A program made the translations under genes and the position numbers. Below are positions 27,488-39,667 of a DNA stretch of 64,000 nt, one piece after another. The notes below the pieces were generated by a model. That model was not told the DNA's origin. It was given only the letters and a program-made list of their open reading frames with translations, and searched no databases. The DNA is from Stegostoma tigrinum (taxonomy: Eukaryota), in NCBI RefSeq assembly GCF_030684315.1, contig NC_081398.1, positions 2,902,402-2,966,401 on the forward strand, in the 5' to 3' direction. How positions within the stretch are numbered: the first letter of the stretch is position 1; the number at the start of each line of letters is the position of its first letter.

Positions 27488-29169
27488 TGGGATAACACTG
27501 ACAACTCTGTCCTCAAGAATATGAACAATGACTGAAGGTTTGGTCACTATACATGCCGGTCATATATATGCCAGAGGGGCAGTAAATGGAAGGATAGTCC
27601 CATTAAATTGAAAGCAGTGAAAGCCACCAGCAAAAATCAACATTCTCATTTGTGCAAGTTGAGGAAAATAGATTGTCCAAATGAAGTAAAGGTCTAAAGG
27701 AAATACAGCATGAGTTCTGAAAATAGGCTTGCAAGTGGACATGGACGCAGGAAAAGGTCACAGCCTGGTGAAAGGAGCTCTGATCATAAAAGGAGGAGAC
27801 ATTGTAGTATGCCAGATTGAGGTAGAAGAGAATGTATTTGGACAAGAACAAGAACCAGAGAACAGACCTGGGATAGAAAGAAGAAGTTTGAGTGGCTATT
27901 CCAGATTAGAAGATAAATTGATAAAGGATGCTAAACAGCAAAAAAAATGTTGGAAAGGACTTGGTGTTTAGGCTGAGGTGCAAGATAGGGACCAGTCTTC
28001 TGACACAGGGCTGAAGAGGAGTCATAACTTATTTGAAATATTAACCCTGTTTCTCTAGCCACTGATTCAGCCAGGCCTGCTGAGTTTTTTCATCATCTTC
28101 TCTGTTTAAGTCTTATGACATAGATGGATGTGGACAGTAAACATATTTGGTGATGATTCATAGAAGGTTAAAATTAGACCAGTGGCTTGGAGTTTTGAAG
28201 AAAGACTTGGTGATCAAAATATCAGAGCCATGCAGCACAAAAAGTGAGCCTGAAGTCTTTCTTCAAGCTCTATTAGCAACATATTCCTAGAAATATAAAA
28301 CAAATGATATGAATGTGCACTGGATCTTTGTACAGTTTGATTAAAAAAACACTTCCCTTAGGGTTCTTCTGGTGCAACATTAGTATTTCTACTTCTGAGC
28401 CATACTAATGCCCTGTACAGTTGGAACAGTTCTTCCTTACTTGTTTATTCCACCCACTCTTCTACAATAAAAGGCAATACTTAATTTGTCTTCCAAAGGC
28501 TAGCCTTTTCTCTGCCTTGTGGAACACTGATATCCTCACTACTGAGCATTGTGAAGCTGTGAAATTTCACTTCAAGGCTTGGTGGTGGGGTAAAACCTGT
28601 CAACATTCAAGATTAGAGAAGAACAAAAAGTTACTTTTGCACAAAGCCTTTCACCATTCATAACCACGTAAAGCACATTCCAACCCAGGTTTTTGGTTCT
28701 AGAAGTAGACGTCGATTTAGAAAATATGGCACCTCAATCTCTGTGTACTGCAAAATTCTGCATTCTCTCCGCTTTCTTATCTTGCATCAACATGAAGGTG
28801 TTGATGCAATGGTAATATCACTGGTCTAGTAAGCCAGAACGCCCGGCTAATGTCCTGGGAATGTAGATTCAAATCCGACCATGACAGTTGGTAAAACTTG
28901 AAATCAATTTAAAGAAAATGTGGAGTAAAGAGCTGGCTGAATAGTGACCTTGTAACTACTACCAATTGGAAAACACAGATGGTTCACTGCTATTTTGGGA
29001 AGGAAATCTGCCATCTTTATCTGGTCTGGCCTATATGTGATTCCAGACTCACATCAATGTGGTTGCCTCTGAGCTGCCCTCTGGGCAGTAAATGCTGGCC
29101 TAGCTAGTGGCACCCACATTCTTTGAATGAACTTTCTTGAAAAATCACACGATATATTCAGATTCAATT

Positions 29170-29910
29170 TTTTTACCCATAACTATCTTATCCAAATTCC
29201 TTTGTAGACTCTTTGTAATCTCATTTATTTTTATATCTGTCTTATCAAATTTGGCTACAATGTAGTTTGTCCTTTCATGAAGTCATGAACATAGATTGTA
29301 CCATTACAGATGTGTGGCACTCCACCAGTTATAGTTTGCCAAGTTGAACATTACTTATTTATCCCTACTTTCTGGTTCCTGTCAATTAGATAATCCTCTG
29401 TCACACTTCTCTATTACCCCCCAAACCATGAGTTCTTGTCTTGTGTTGTAACATTTCACGTGGCACCTTATTGAATATATTTTGGAAATCGAAACATACT
29501 TCTACAGGTTCCCTTTTGTCCACTGTCATAATAATGGATTTCATCACTTTCCCAAAACTGGTCAAACTACAGACTAACTGGCCTATAGTTGCCCATCCTT
29601 TTGTTTTCTTTCTTTCTTGAAAAGAAGTGTTACATATGTAGTTTTCCAGTCCACTGCGATCTTTCCAGAATCTGTGGAGTTTCGGCAGATTACAAGCAAT
29701 GCATTCGCAAACTCTGGAGACACTTCTTTAAGATATAGGCCATCTAGTCCTGGGAACTTATCAGAGTTTAGTACTATTAGTATTACTGACAAATTTTCTC
29801 TAGTGATAGTAATAAAATTCTTCCCTCCATCTTACCTGTTCACTTTATGCTAATGTTGGGATGCTTTTTGTGTCTTCTACCATGAAGACAGATCCAAAAT
29901 GCCATTAAAA
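29170..29910 (-). mobile_element. Degenerate CR1 LINE fragment
   Basis: ORF 29583-29792 KFPGLDGLYLKE..DWKTTYVTLLFKK. Confidence 0.75.
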
Positions 29911-30109
29911 AAGGAACAAATCTCAGCCACATAAACTAAGGTATTTAATTGACACAGACAGTCAAAAGAAGAGAAGGCCTTGATTTACTGATAATTCTGT
30001 CCTCAGGATGTGATGAATATGCTGTTGTTTAAGGACAAAATTAGCAATTTGAAAACCACAAGTGAATAAGGCCTTGCTGACAGGAAATCAGTTTTACTGC
30101 GACTGCCTT

Positions 30110-30412
30110 AATCCCAGAGTTCAATGTGCTTAGTACTGCTGCCTAAATGTGCCAGGGACCCGGGTTTGATTACAGTCTTTGGTGGCTGTCTGTGTGGAGT
30201 TTGCATGTTCTCCCTGTGCCTGTGTGGGTTTTGGCCTGGTGCTCCAGTTTCCTCCCACAGTCCAAAGGAGTGCAGGTTAGGTGAATTAGCCATGGTAAAT
30301 GTGGGTTACAGGGATAGGGTGTGAGGGTGGGTCTGGATGGGATGCTCTTTGGAGGGTCAGTGCATACTCGATTGGCAGAATGCCTCTTCCTGCACTGTAG
30401 GGATTCTATGTG
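30110..30412 (+). mobile_element. HE1-like V-SINE; second copy on - at 57437-57733
   Basis: V-domain gtgtggagtttgcatgttctcc..ggtttcctcccac and CR1-like tail cactgtagggattctatg. Confidence 0.85.
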
Positions 30413-33109
30413 CTCCAGCTGAGTCTGCTGCAATATTCTCGGTGCTGAGGCATGGAGCTGAGGCGCATAAGCAAGCAAGATTCGGTGCTGTGTATTCTCA
30501 TTTCAGTTTAGGTGATCATTCCATTGCAACTTTTGCCCTCAATTTCACCTTGCACAACCCTGAAGAATAAGCTTCTACTCTTGGCTACTGTCAGTAATTT
30601 CTGCCTGCAAAAGGAATAAATTTGTGGGTGAGGGGGGATTAGTCTCAGTACTTTCACACTGGACATGCATTTCAACTCTTACCAATCATGCTGTTAAGGC
30701 TCCAAATCAATTGTTATTTGAACAGTGTAGTCTCAGCTCCGATAAATTGATACTAACTGATGAAGCTATCAAGAACTCAATACATTACACATTGGCTGAA
30801 TTACTTCCCACTCAGTAAACTCCTATTCTTTGCTAAGCTCCCCAGCTTCAGTGAGGCTGGGCTCTGCTTTGTGGAACACTGATGCTGCTCACTACTGAGT
30901 ATTGTGGAGCTGTGAAATTTCACTTCAAATGTTCACAATATGATTAATCATTCAAAATCAGAGGAAAAGGAAGAGTTGCCTTTACACAAAGCCTTCCACC
31001 GCTTCAGAACTTCCTAAAACACTTTCCAATCAAGTTTTTGGTTCTTCTGTTGAAGTCTATTAAAGAAATGTGGCAGTTAATATATACACAGCAAGCTTCC
31101 ATACAATGATTACTAAATAAATTGCTTTGTAACTGATATTGTCTGATGGATAAATATTGGTCTCTGGACAACAGGAGAATTGCTCTGCTTTTCACCCATC
31201 AGTGACCATAGGCTGTCTTATATTTACCTAAGAAGGCAGACAATGCCTTACTTTTCATCCAAAAGGTAGCACCTACAGGAGTACAGAGCACCCTCAGCAA
31301 TGCACGGTGTATGTCAACCTGGATTGTGTAGTTATCTGTCTAGGTGGAACTTGAATTTATAACCTTTTGATTCAGAGGGGAGATGTGTACTCACTGAAAA
31401 AGTATGGTTATAACTCACTCAGAGATTTTTTCAATAGCTAGTTTACTGATGTTATGACCTTACTTTTCTTTCTATTAGATTAAAAACCAGAGGGGAAAAT
31501 GATACAAGCTGAGGGAACAGCAAGCCTAAATTTGAAAGGAGTTGCTGTCACTCTTGGAAAGGAATGAACAATAGATATCTGTCATTCAGAACAAAAAATT
31601 CACCATACCTGCATTAATGGAAATAATGGCACAACTCCCATTGCTTCTGTCAAAGTGCAAAAAAGGCAGTCTGTGGTTTTTCTGCTGAAGCACTGCAGTG
31701 TATCTTGCAACATCCTGTGATTGAATCTGTGTGACACAAACAGTACAACTCCCAGCCATACTTGGTTGAATGCAAGCCACCACAGACCATTACCAGCATA
31801 CAACCCTCCATAGCAGAGTTCCAGTCAGACCACGATCACAATGATAAAGGAGATTGTAGGGGTGGGTGGAGAATGTGCTGATCACCCCATCTATGTTCAA
31901 CTTCTAATAAAATTCCTTCTGCTCTTCTTCAAAAGGCATTCCTTTCATCCTTCTTGGGGTATCATACTGCACATTTGCTGCAAAGGGTGATGTTTACTGA
32001 CTAAACAAATAGTGAATTGTTGTAAAGCCAAGGCCACATTTTCTCTTCTTTACACTGTTCGCTTTTCTTAGCTGAGGATAAGGGGCAAAAAGCCTGGGTA
32101 ATTTTCCTTCTTCCACTTCCATGAGTGCTGTTCTGCCTGTACTCCATCTCAGCTATGTTCAAATTACTGCACAGAAATTATGTTCTATATCTGGGATCTT
32201 TCAGTCAAATGCTCTCTAATTACCTCCTTAACTGTTTCACTTCATGGTCATGGAGATACTGAAACATAGGAAAACTGCTATTGAGCAAGTAGTTAATTAA
32301 CTCAGCAAGCGTGTTCATTTTCTAGTTGAGCATCGGAAAGCATGTCGCAATGGAAATAAGTGTCAGGTGACCAATTATGGAACCAAGAGAGTGGGGTGGT
32401 GGGAGGCAGGATGTCACATGATTTGGCCTCCAGGAATATACCTGGCCAGAGTTGCCAACGTAGTTACATTAGGCACAACACTGATTTACTGCAAATTTTG
32501 GGTGCAGAAGACATAATTCGCAGTGTGCCCACACCTGTTCAAATTGTGATTGGTAAACAAAAAACAATATTCACCTAATCAGCTCTCAAAATAAGTATGG
32601 CACCAGTGTCTAGGCATCTAGCACTGATGTCCTCTTTCCAACCCTGCACACAGAAGGAGGATAAACAGCACCATTCCTGCATTAGTGGAAACAATGACAT
32701 AACTCCCACTGCTTCTGTTGTATTGCAGTTACACTGTTGTATGTAGCTGCAGACACCTGCTTATAGAAAGAATATTAGAGCTAGAAAGAGCAAGTGTGTT
32801 AACTTACCAAGATAATGCAGGGATGAAAATCCCTGGTTACAAAAGAAAGAATTCTTAGAATTAAAAATGACACAGCACAAAATATGGAATTTTGGCTCAT
32901 TATGCCTGTGCTTAACATCTGAAATTAAAACAGAAAATGCTGGAGAAACTCAACGGGTCTGGCAGCATCAATGGAGAGAAAGACAATTAACATTTCAAGA
33001 CTGGAATGACATTTCAGGGTTCTTTGAATCAATAAGCTAATCTGTTTTCGTAATGCTGGTTGAGAGATTAAATATTGTTCTGCTCTCTTCCCATAACTCT
33101 CCATCATCC

Positions 33110-33590
33110 TAATAAGAAATCTCACTGCCCTACTCTCTCCTCATAGTCTTGTATCAATCCAATCCAAGGCAAAACCCACTGACCCCCCCCTCAAAGTCTT
33201 GTATCAATTCCAAGCTAATCACACTGTCTCATTCTGTCCTCATAGTACTATACTGTATTATTTTAGCCTAATCCCTCTAACCTCCCACTCTTCATAGATT
33301 TTATCAATGCAAAACTAATCCAGCTGGCATGTCTGACAATTCTGCCTCAATCTAAAATTAATTCCATTGTCCCAAACTCCTTGCACCCTTGCATAAATTT
33401 CAAACTATTCTCACATTCACCTGCTCACCCCATATCCCTGTATTAATACAAAACTTATGCCACCACCATTTATCTCCTCATGATCCTGTGTCAATCTAAA
33501 AGCAATCCCACTGTCCTGTCACTTTTCAAATAGTCCTGCGTCAATACAAAAAGTGAATTCCATGTGTGTGCTCTCTTCAAAGCTCTGAAT
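33110..33590. repeat. Degenerate ~50-bp minisatellite
   Basis: Repeated taatcc(c)actg..ctcata..tgtatcaat..aaa units, about 9 copies. Confidence 0.7.
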
Positions 33591-36144
33591 TATTCCTACT
33601 GCCTTTCTCTCTGCCTTCTTCTCTGTGTGTTTGAAATTTTTATGTGGTTATGTCCTCAATCTTCCCTAACCACTCTTCCCTAGCCTCTCTTACTTGCAAT
33701 TTCCAGTTGGTGGTCCCTCATCATGGATTTCGCCAGAACAATAAACAAATCTCCCAAGTTAATAAGTGAAAAGCAGCTACTAAATTTCCTTTGGCCTCTG
33801 CTCCAGCAAAAACTATTCCAGTACCTCCAAAGGGAAGTGAATAATTACTGGAGAAAACAATTGGAGGCTATGGGAGAATGGTTGGGGGAATTGGGAGTAA
33901 CTGGCTGACTATTTCATAGAACTACATAATTAATTCACTCACCCACTCTTTCTTCATGGAACTATACATTTTTTTCCCCTTCAACATTCCAAACCATGAC
34001 AGCTTATTGTATAAATCAACATTTCCTGAGGTCATCTTTGGTTCTTTTGCCCATCACCCTTCCTTTCATCATGAACTCTTCTAGCAGTGATAACTGTGAT
34101 TTTAAAAGGATTACCATAACTTCTTTGCTTTTACATTTGATTTCCACATTAATAATGTTAAAGATCTCATTTTATTTCAATAGCCTTCTCAACCAGACCT
34201 AACAAAAACAAAGTTGCTGGAAAAGCTCAGCAGGTCTGGCAGTATCTGTGGTGGAGAAAACACAGTTAACGTTTCAGGTCCGGTGACCCTTCCTCAAAAC
34301 AGAACCAGACCTGCCATCTTCCAAGATTTCATTACAGTACCAAATCTCTTAGTTTCTGCATTCCCTGTAAAATTGTACCTTTTAGTTCATATTGCCTAAC
34401 TTTAGTCTGCCTATCAAAGTGAATAATATCTCCTTTCTCTGCATTAAATTTCACTTGCAATGTGGTCTCCTAATATCTGTTAATATCTACTTCCATGTTG
34501 ACCATAGTGAAGCTACAAAGAGAAGTGGGCCAGAGATGAATAAATGGTGTTGATTTGTAGATCAACCATGACCTAATTTTATGGTACAGTAGGCTTAACG
34601 AACAAGAGTTACCTTCTTCTGTCCCTAATGTTTCTAGAATTAATTAAATGTGTTTACCAGATCTTGCTTCCACTCCTGTCTGAAGTACATAACCAAAGTA
34701 ATGTTGATTTATTTACGTTTGAGTACATTCATTGATTCTCTGCTTATTTAGTTGCAATCACAGATAGAATATTCCAGCAAAGAAGATGTCACAGAGCCTT
34801 TCGGTCAGGTTATTAGTGTGATGTCCCCTGCTGTTCTTCAGGTTCTTTCCTGTTTCCGTGGTTTGGATGTACCAGTAACTTCTATTGTAAGCAGCTAATT
34901 TGAAAGAAGGTTTCATTGCTGACAATGGGATAATAATCGGTAAGGTCCCAATCTTATCCAAAGTGACTGCCTACAAGTCCATTTCATCAGGAGAGTGTCC
35001 TGAATGTGACACACATCTTAATGTTGTCCGCCTTCAGAGCCATTGTCTGCTTGTTAGGATCGCCTGACTCTTATTCCAGACCATTATTCCAGATCTCATG
35101 CACTTTGAGGACTGTTGTACTAACACCAAAGAAGCTGATGCTACCCTCACTTAGTTTAGTTTATCAGCCAAGTTGAGATGTCAGGATGGGCCCACTGGTG
35201 TACACCACCAGCTGCTTGGAGGCATAGACGGAGCTGGGTCAGCTGTATCTACATTCACAACCAGAGTGTGCAGCCAGAAATTACCCATTTCTATCACTGA
35301 CATAGTGCCAACAAATCTTTTAAGTTCAGCTGACAGGACAAATGGGACCTTGGTTCAACATCTCATTTGAAAAGTGACACTTGTGACAGTGCAACTGTGA
35401 TTGTCAGTCTGATTCTTTGTGCTCAGGTTTTTGGAGTATGATTTGAACCCAGAAACTAGGGTGCACCAAATGAGCCATGAGTGAGAAGCTCAAAAAATTG
35501 AAAAGGTAAACAGGTAAGGAGTTCCACACATTTTAAGCTAAAATAGAAGCCAATGCATTGATGAGGAAGACTGCACAGGATGGTCTAATTGCAGTTTTGG
35601 ACAAAAAATGTGTTCATAGCAGTGCTAACAAAAGGAAGACTGATCAAATAGGGAAAAAAGAGGAAAAAACTTGTACTTTCATAGCATCTTTCACTACTTA
35701 AGGATGACTCAAAGCCCTTCGAACTAATACACCATTTTTGAAACATGGCCACTCATTTAAATAATGATTTGCATAAAGTAAGATCCTGCAAACAACAACG
35801 AGATAACCGAAACGTCAGCTCTTGTGCTCCTACGATGTTGCTTGGCCTGCTGTGTTCATCTAGCTTCACATTTTGTTATAACGAGATAATGAATTAATTC
35901 CTTGTTTTCAGGTGTTGATTGAAGGAGAAATATTGGCCAAGGACAACATGGAATGAATCCCCTTCTCTTCCAGTAGTGTCCCAACATCACTAATCTCATC
36001 TGATAGGGCATACAGGATCTCAGTCTAACAGCTCAGCCAAAGGACAATATTTCTGACAATACAGAATATGAGAAAGGAGTGACAGGTTTTGTCTGGCAGG
36101 CAGAACAAGCTTTTGACCAACAGCACAATCTTGAGTGGATTCAC

Positions 36145-36199
36145 AAATTACAACCTAGACCAATTTGTGACACTTCCATCAATTTCTTCAAACAAGTTA
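36145..36199 (-). pseudogene. Degenerate ACAP-like exon 2
   Basis: Reads NLFEEIDGSVTNWSRL*F vs ACAP2 AALEEVEGDVAELELKLDK; 55 bp (3 short of the 58-bp ACAP exon 2); acceptor is CAT instead of CAG; in-frame stop. Confidence 0.55.
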
Positions 36200-36797
36200 A
36201 TGCAATGAAAGATATTAGGCAACAAAAAAACCAGGTGGAAGTATTAAGTTTTCACTGCGTAGTGGATAACAGCTTCTTTTATTTCTAACACAGTACAGCA
36301 AACTATTGTCAAAATTTAGTATTCAAGTCTTTCAAAGAGACAGATTGATTGATTAACTACCTTAAGTGCTGTAGGTATTAATGTAGGTATTACTAATCAA
36401 CCTGTTCAGAGATGCTCCACATCTGGATCAGTGGACTTGAACTCGGTAGTGTAGAGGTATGGACTTTACCACTATGCAACAAGAACCGTCTCCTTCTGTA
36501 CACTATTATTCTAAGAGGTCAGAGAACCAATGCTTAACTTCTTCTCATGTTTGATCATCTGAACCAAAAGGAGGTTTATGCAAGTGATTAGTTTAAAACC
36601 AATGAATTTGTGGATCTTAGTACAATTTGGTTTAAATTGTTTAAAATAATTTTGGAATTATGGGTCAAGAAACAATTTAGTAAGCAGCACTTCATGAAAA
36701 GAGTGTAGCAGACAGTAGAGATGGTGGGTTATGTTGCGACATACATCTTCCAAAATATCAACCTTTTAACCTGAGACTGAATATGACTTGGTCCTAC

Positions 36798-36850
36798 CTG
36801 AACTTTAAGGAGTCCTTCAGACACTCCTCGAAGTCCACAGAGATGGTCAT
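36798..36850 (-). pseudogene. ACAP (ArfGAP with coiled-coil, ankyrin and PH domains) first coding exon, probably a pseudogene relic
   Basis: 53 nt ATG..AG|gtagga encoding MTISVDFEECLKDSLKFR, matching ACAP1/2 N-terminus DFEECLKDSPRFR and its phase-2 intron; exon extends 5' to a strong acceptor at 37015/37016. Confidence 0.8.
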
Positions 36851-37969
36851 CTCGGTCAGCTGATGTGGGGATGAAGAGGCAACAGAAATGATCTTCTGCC
36901 TTTAATTATACCCATACATCTTCACCAGAGAAAGGCTTCAAATGTGTATTCAAGACAGTTGAATTTCTTGCAAGAGGAAGGGTAGTGTAGGCGGAACAGG
37001 GCTGGTAACCACATCCTGGAAAGTACAGAATTAATTTAGTAAAACAGCAGAAACCATTTTTAGATAGAACAAAGAGACTGCCATCTACTGAACCCTCTGT
37101 GGAAATCAGCTAGTCATTTTGGAGTTTACTGCACCAGAGTCTAGTTAGTCAACTTTCTTCTCCAAACTCATTTGAATGAATGATGTCAGTACTGGGAGAC
37201 TGGGAACAGGGTCAACAAACAACACCCACTGAGAAGGTACAGCGCAGGTTGTAATCAGAGGAAAAGCCCCTCAAGAGACAAAAAAAACTGCATATGCTGT
37301 AATCCAAGGGAGACAAACAGGAGGCTGGAAGAACACAGCAGGGCAGGCAGCATCTGGAGGAAAGGAGCAGTCACCACTCTTTGCTCCTGCACCTTCCGGA
37401 AGGAACTTGACACCCCAACATTTACCATTCTCAAGTGTCTTGGGACCATATCTACAGCCCTCAGATCTTCAAAGTGGTACTCTGGTTATTCATGAGAAAT
37501 GTACTGAGAATAGGCCCGTTCCCTAGTCTAATCTTCACTGTTCCTAATATCCACTGTTTCTGGTTCCAGATATCAGGGCCTCCAAATCCGATTTCAGTGG
37601 AGCAGATGAAAATGCGCTAATCTCAACCTGCCCCAATTCCATCTGCGATAATTAGAAATGTGGCTTTCAAGGAGAGGATTTGAGATTCCTTCCTGTTTCT
37701 GGCATTTTTGCTGCAATGTAGGTGTTCAGTCTCATACTCCTGTCATTTCGCTAGCCAGGTATGGAGACCAACTCTTCATGGATCAGTCCCTGGGCTCACC
37801 ATGATGGCCACCCAAAGAGCCCAGACAGAGAGCAGAAAAGGGGTATTTGACCAAGCTGCCCACCTGCTTTAATTCTGTAGCTATGTCAGTGTTCACTTGT
37901 CCAGAATAGGAGGGCATAGTAGATTTAATAAACAGAATTATTTGATAAGTTTCTGCAGTTAACTTTATT

Positions 37970-39310
37970 GATTGATTGATTTATTGTTGCATGCACAAAA
38001 GTACAGTGAAAAGCTTTGTTTACAAGCAGTACATGCAGATTATAGTAAGCAAGGATGTATAGGTCAGAGATTATAAAAAGACTTAGACAGAGACTTACAG
38101 GTTACATTGCACGAACCATGCACTAAGTGAGATCAATATTAGCAAGATCAGCATTGTTTGAGGCTAGAGAGTCCATTCATCAGTTTAATAACAGCTGGGA
38201 AGAAGCTGTTGCTGAACCTGCTGGTGTGTGTGTTCAGGCTTCTGTATCTTCTGCCTGATGGAAGAGGTTGTAAGAGAGCATTACCGGGGTGTGATGGGTT
38301 TCGAAGATTTTGGCAGCCTTACCTCAGCAGTGAACCATGTAAATAGAGTCCATGGATGGAAGATTGGCTTCCATGATGGTCTAGGCTGTGCACACCATTT
38401 TCTGTAGTTTATTACAGTCCTGGGCAGAGAAATTGGCATATCATTATGCACCCACACAGTATCCTTTCTATGGTGCATTTATAGAAGTTGGTGAGGGTTC
38501 TTATGGACATGGCAAAATTTCCTGAGCAGCCTGAGGAAGACGAGGCGTTGTTGTGCCTTTTTGACCATTTTATCCACATGGGATGTTCAGGACAGTTTGT
38601 TGGTTATTTTCACTCTGAGAAACTTAATGTCTTCGCCCTCACAACCACAGTTCTATTGATGTAGATGGGGGCGTGTTCTCCTCCTTTCTTTCTGAAGTCA
38701 CTGGTCAGTTCTTTAGTTTTGCTGATGTTGAGAGAGAGGTTGTTCTCATCGCACCACATCACCAAGCCCTCTATCTCCCATCTATGTTACGACTCCTCGT
38801 TGTTAGATATCGGTCCCACAATAGTGGTCTCGTTAGCGAACTTGTAGATGGCATTTGCTCAGAAATTGACAACACAGTTGTGGTTGTACTGGGAGTACAG
38901 TAGGAAGCCGAGGACACATTCTTGAGGGGCTCCAGCATTGAGTGTTATTGTGGAGGAGATGCAGTTACCTATCCTCACTGATTACAGTCTGTGGGTCAGA
39001 AAGCTGAGGATCCAATTGCAGAGGCCGAAGCCGAGACCAAGGTCGCGCAGTTTTGAGATCAGTCTGGAGGGGATAATGGTGTTGAAGGTGGAGTTGTAGA
39101 CAATGAGCTGCAGTGTCTTTGTTGTCCAGGTGTTCCAACAATGTGTAAAGGGCTAGGGATATGACAACAGCTGTGGACCTGCTACATAGGTAAGCAAATT
39201 GAGGTAGGTTGGGAGACTGGAGTTGATGTGGGCTATGACAGGCCTTTCAAAGCACTTCATGATTAGTAAGATCAGACCACTGGCTGGTAGTCATTGAGGC
39301 ACATTGCTTG
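37970..39310 (-). mobile_element. Rex1/Babar-type LINE, 3' portion with (CAAT)n tail
   Basis: gattgattgatttattg tail at about 37970; RT C-terminal remnants. Confidence 0.78.
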
Positions 39311-39499
39311 TGCTTTATCATAATTTTAAATACAATACTGTGGTCCTTTTATAAAAGGGCCGTTTAATTGCTTAAGTTCTTAAATGTTCCCATGTGATGA
39401 TTTAATTTTTATTAAAGTAACTGAAAGGGGAAACTCACCCATCATGGTCCTAATATGAGCTCTTGGACAGAATGACATTAGCAGGACAGAAGATGCTAC

Positions 39500-39667
39500 A
39501 ACATGTGATTATTATAATTGATTCTAATGGCTGTATATTCTTTAGAAACTTCCTATTGGATAAGAAATGGGAGGGTTATTGTGGGTTGAGCTGAATATAA
39601 GTAAACAAATTATAGTCAGCCAGCTTGGTGGCTGTTTGTATTTAGCAGTGTGTAGGAAGGGTGGTTA
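39500..39667 (+). promoter_or_regulatory. Putative ZP3 proximal promoter
   Basis: E-box CATGTG 39502-39507, inverted CCAAT (ATTGG) about 39556, TATAA about 39596, about 70 bp before the ATG. Confidence 0.5.

Noticed and set aside
26617-32832. Isolated minus-strand micro-exon candidates (about 26617-26663, 30549-30604, 32808-32832)
   Set aside because: Good splice-like flanks but no recognisable peptide or consistent chain; one would need a ~50-bp intron
34750-35300. Coding-looking unique sequence between ACAP relic and satellite
   Set aside because: Frames examined contain stops and no recognisable domain; could not match ACAP exon 3
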